DNA of 64,000 nucleotides from the human T2T-CHM13v2.0 reference genome, Homo sapiens: assembly GCF_009914755.1 (NCBI RefSeq), contig NC_060945.1; one strand, given 5' to 3'. Shown piece by piece: positions 61,901-64,000 of this stretch. Positions within the stretch are counted from its first letter, which is position 1, and every line of letters begins with the position of its first letter. The notes under the pieces were generated by a model that worked only from the letters and a program-made list of their open reading frames with translations, was not told where the DNA came from and made no database searches. The translations under genes and the position numbers were made by a program.

Positions 61901-64000
61901 CCCCAAATATATATTATATACTGTACATTAAATACCAAAGATCCCCAAATATATATTATATACTCTACATGAAATATCAAAGTTCACAAACAATATATTA
62001 TATACTGTACATAAAATATCAAAGAACCCAAGGTATATATTCTATACTGTACAAAAAATATCAAAGTACCCAAAGCATGTATTATATACTGTATATAAAA
62101 TATGAAAGTACATCAAATATATATTTTATTCTGTACATAAAATATCAAAGTACACCAGATATATATTCTATAGTGTACATAAAATAACAAAGTACAAAAA
62201 CTATAAATTATATACTGTACATAAAATATGAAATTACATCAAATATATATTAGTTACATAAAATATGAAAGTACATCAAATATAGATTATATACTGTACA
62301 TAAAATATGAATGTACCCCAAATATATATTTTATACTCGACATGAAATATCAAAGTTCACAAACCATATAATGTATACTATACATAAAATATCAAAGTAC
62401 CCAAGGTATATATTCTATACTGTACAAAAAATATCAAAGTACCCAAAGCATGTATTATATACTGTACATAAAATATGAAAGTACATCAAATATATATTTT
62501 ATTCTGTACATAAAATATCAAAGTACACCAGATATATATTCTATAGTGTACATAAAATATCAAAGTACCCAAACTATACATTATATACTGTACATAAAAT
62601 ATGAAATTACCTCAAATATATATTATATTAGGTACATAAAATATGAAAGTACATCAAATATAGATTATATACTGTACATTAAATACCAAAGTACCCCAAA
62701 TATATATTTTATAGTGTACATGAAATATCACAGTTCACAAACTATATATTATATACTGTACATATAATATCAAAGTACCCAAGGTATATATTCTATACTG
62801 TACAAAAAATATCAAAGTACCCAAAGCATGTATTATATACAGTACATAAAATATGAAAGTACATCAAATATATATTTTATTCTGTACATAAAATATCAAA
62901 GTACACCAGATATATATTCTATAGTGTACATAAAATAACAAAGTACACAAACTATAAATTATATACTGTACATAAAATATGAAATTACATCAAATATATA
63001 TTAGGTATATAAATTATGAAAGTACATCAAATATAGATTTTATACTGTACATAAAATATCAATGTACCCCAAATATATATTTTATACTCTACATGAAATA
63101 CCAAAGTTCACAAACCATATATTATATACTGTACATAAAATATCAAAGTACCCAAGGTATATATTCTATACTGTACAAAAAATATCAAAGTACCCAAAGC
63201 ATGTATTATATACTGTACATAAAATATGAAAGTACATCAAATATGTATTTTATTCTGTACATAAAATATCAAAGTACACCAGATATATATTCTATAGTGT
63301 ACATAAAATATCAAAGTACCCAAACTATACATTATATACTGTACATAAAATATGAAATTACATCAAATATATATTATATTAGGTACATAAAATATGAAAG
63401 TACATCAAATATAGATTATATACTGTACATAAAATATCAAAGTACCCCAAATATATATTATATACTCTACATGAAATATCAAAGTTCACAAACTATATAT
63501 TATATACTGTACATAAAATATCAAAGTACCCAAGGTATATATTCTATAATGTACAAAAAATATCAAAGTACCCAAAGCGTGTATTATATACTGTATATAA
63601 AATGTGAAATTACATCAGATATATATTTTATTCTGTACATAAAATATCAAAGTACACCAGATATATATTCTATAGTGTACATAAAATATCAAAGTACCCA
63701 AACTATACATTATATACTGTACATAAAATATGAAATTACATCAAATATATATTATATTAGGTACATAAAATATGAAAGTACACCAAATATAGATTATATA
63801 CTGTACATTAAATACCAAAGTACCCCAAATCTATATTTTATACTGTACATGAAATATCAAAGTTCACAAACTGTATATTATATACTGTACATAAAATATC
63901 AAAGTACCCAAGGTATATATTCTATACTGTACAAAAAATATCAAAGTAACCAAAGCATGTATTATATACTGTACCTAAAATATGAAAGTTCATCAAATAT
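53780..64000 (+). repeat. Near-identical duplication at offset 6850 (about 53780-57150 vs 60630-64000), running off the window end
   Basis: AGGTTCATAA occurs at 53861 and 60711. ORFs 54585/61435 and 55600/62450 have identical translations. TATGAAAGTTCATCAAATAT occurs at 57131-57150 and 63981-64000. Confidence 0.93.

Larger units (their letters stand above)
1..64000 (+). repeat. Human satellite 1A (HSat1A / SAR) tandem array of 42-bp monomers, extending beyond both window ends
   Basis: Continuous head-to-tail 42-bp units such as AAATATCAAAGTACCCAAGGTATATATTCTATACTGTACAAA. GTAC sites alternate at 17 bp (GTACATAAAATATCAAA) and 25 bp (GTACCCAAGGTATATATTCTATACT), the classical RsaI A/B units of human satellite I. 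Consensus G+C is 81/378 (~21%). The family assignment comes from recognising the sequence, not from a database search. Confidence 0.95.
1..64000 (+). repeat. 378-bp 9-mer higher-order repeat organisation (roughly 170 HOR copies), with 373-bp and 375-bp length variants
   Basis: Nine distinguishable monomers recur in a fixed order, visible as a 126-aa repeat in the long ORFs (e.g. 48574-49872). Diagnostic words GTTCACAAA (m2), CCAAGG (m3), AAGCATG (m4), CACCAGAT (m6), TTAGGTAC (m8) and ATAGATT (m9) recur about every 373-378 bp. Confidence 0.95.

Noticed and set aside
341-62767. Over a hundred ORFs encoding 14-aa Y/I/K-rich repeats, as a possible repeat-protein gene family
   Set aside because: They are translations of the satellite. 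There are no unique domains, ORF ends are set by random SNVs and indels, and no promoter, splice or intergenic structure is present.
1-64000. CRISPR-like alternation of a conserved part (CTGTACATAAAATATCAAAGTAC) and a variable part
   Set aside because: The variable parts are homologous to each other and recur in a fixed 9-cycle rather than being unique spacers. No leader or cas genes are present.
1-64000. Strand inversion or an inserted element (Alu, L1, alpha satellite, HSat1B/2/3)
   Set aside because: Reading through, I saw no reverse-complement monomers, no GC-rich or poly(A) segments, no CATTC repeats and no 171-bp units. A very short insertion could have been missed by eye.
1-64000. TATA-like and AATAAA motifs and short hairpins (GTATA-TATTC-TATAC, TGTACA) as promoters, polyadenylation sites or terminators
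   Set aside because: These are expected by chance in ~79% AT repeated DNA, and nothing in the context supports function.
1-64000. Assignment to a specific chromosome (HSat1A arrays are known on chr3, chr4 and acrocentric short arms)
   Set aside because: There is no unique flanking sequence. Assignment needs alignment of rare k-mers to T2T assemblies.

Overview
The whole 64 kb is one uninterrupted, single-orientation array of an AT-rich (~79% A+T, hand-counted on the consensus) 42-bp satellite. It matches classical human satellite 1A (HSat1A, RepeatMasker 'SAR'): most monomers carry two RsaI GTAC sites spaced 17 and 25 bp apart, and nine diverged monomers form a 378-bp higher-order repeat (HOR). 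This is pericentromeric or acrocentric-type heterochromatin of human or a close primate; the chromosome cannot be assigned from the window alone. I see no genes, RNA genes, transposon insertions, CRISPR arrays or inversions. Every ORF in the track is an artefact of a 42-bp (14-codon) unit with one stop-free frame. I found no evidence of a new biological system. The interest lies in the array architecture: co-existing 378/373/375-bp HOR haplotypes, HORs with missing, extra or reshuffled monomers (including a 2-3-4-5-4-3-2-3-4-5 order), conversion tracts, and a patchwork of recent kb-scale duplications (offsets about 1.5, 2.6, 3.2, 3.4/4.0, 4.2, 4.5, 6.85, 7.6 and 9.2 kb). Monomer numbering used below follows the translation of the open frame: 1=KYQSTPNIY(Y/F)ILYM, 2=KYQSSQTIYYILYI, 3=KYQSTQGIYSILYK, 4=KYQSTQSMYYILYI, 5=KYESTSNIYFILYI, 6=KYQSTPDIYSIVYI, 7=KYQSTQTIHYILYI, 8=KYEITSNIYYIRYI, 9=KYESTSNIDYILYI. 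Duplication boundaries are by-eye estimates, good to about one HOR.
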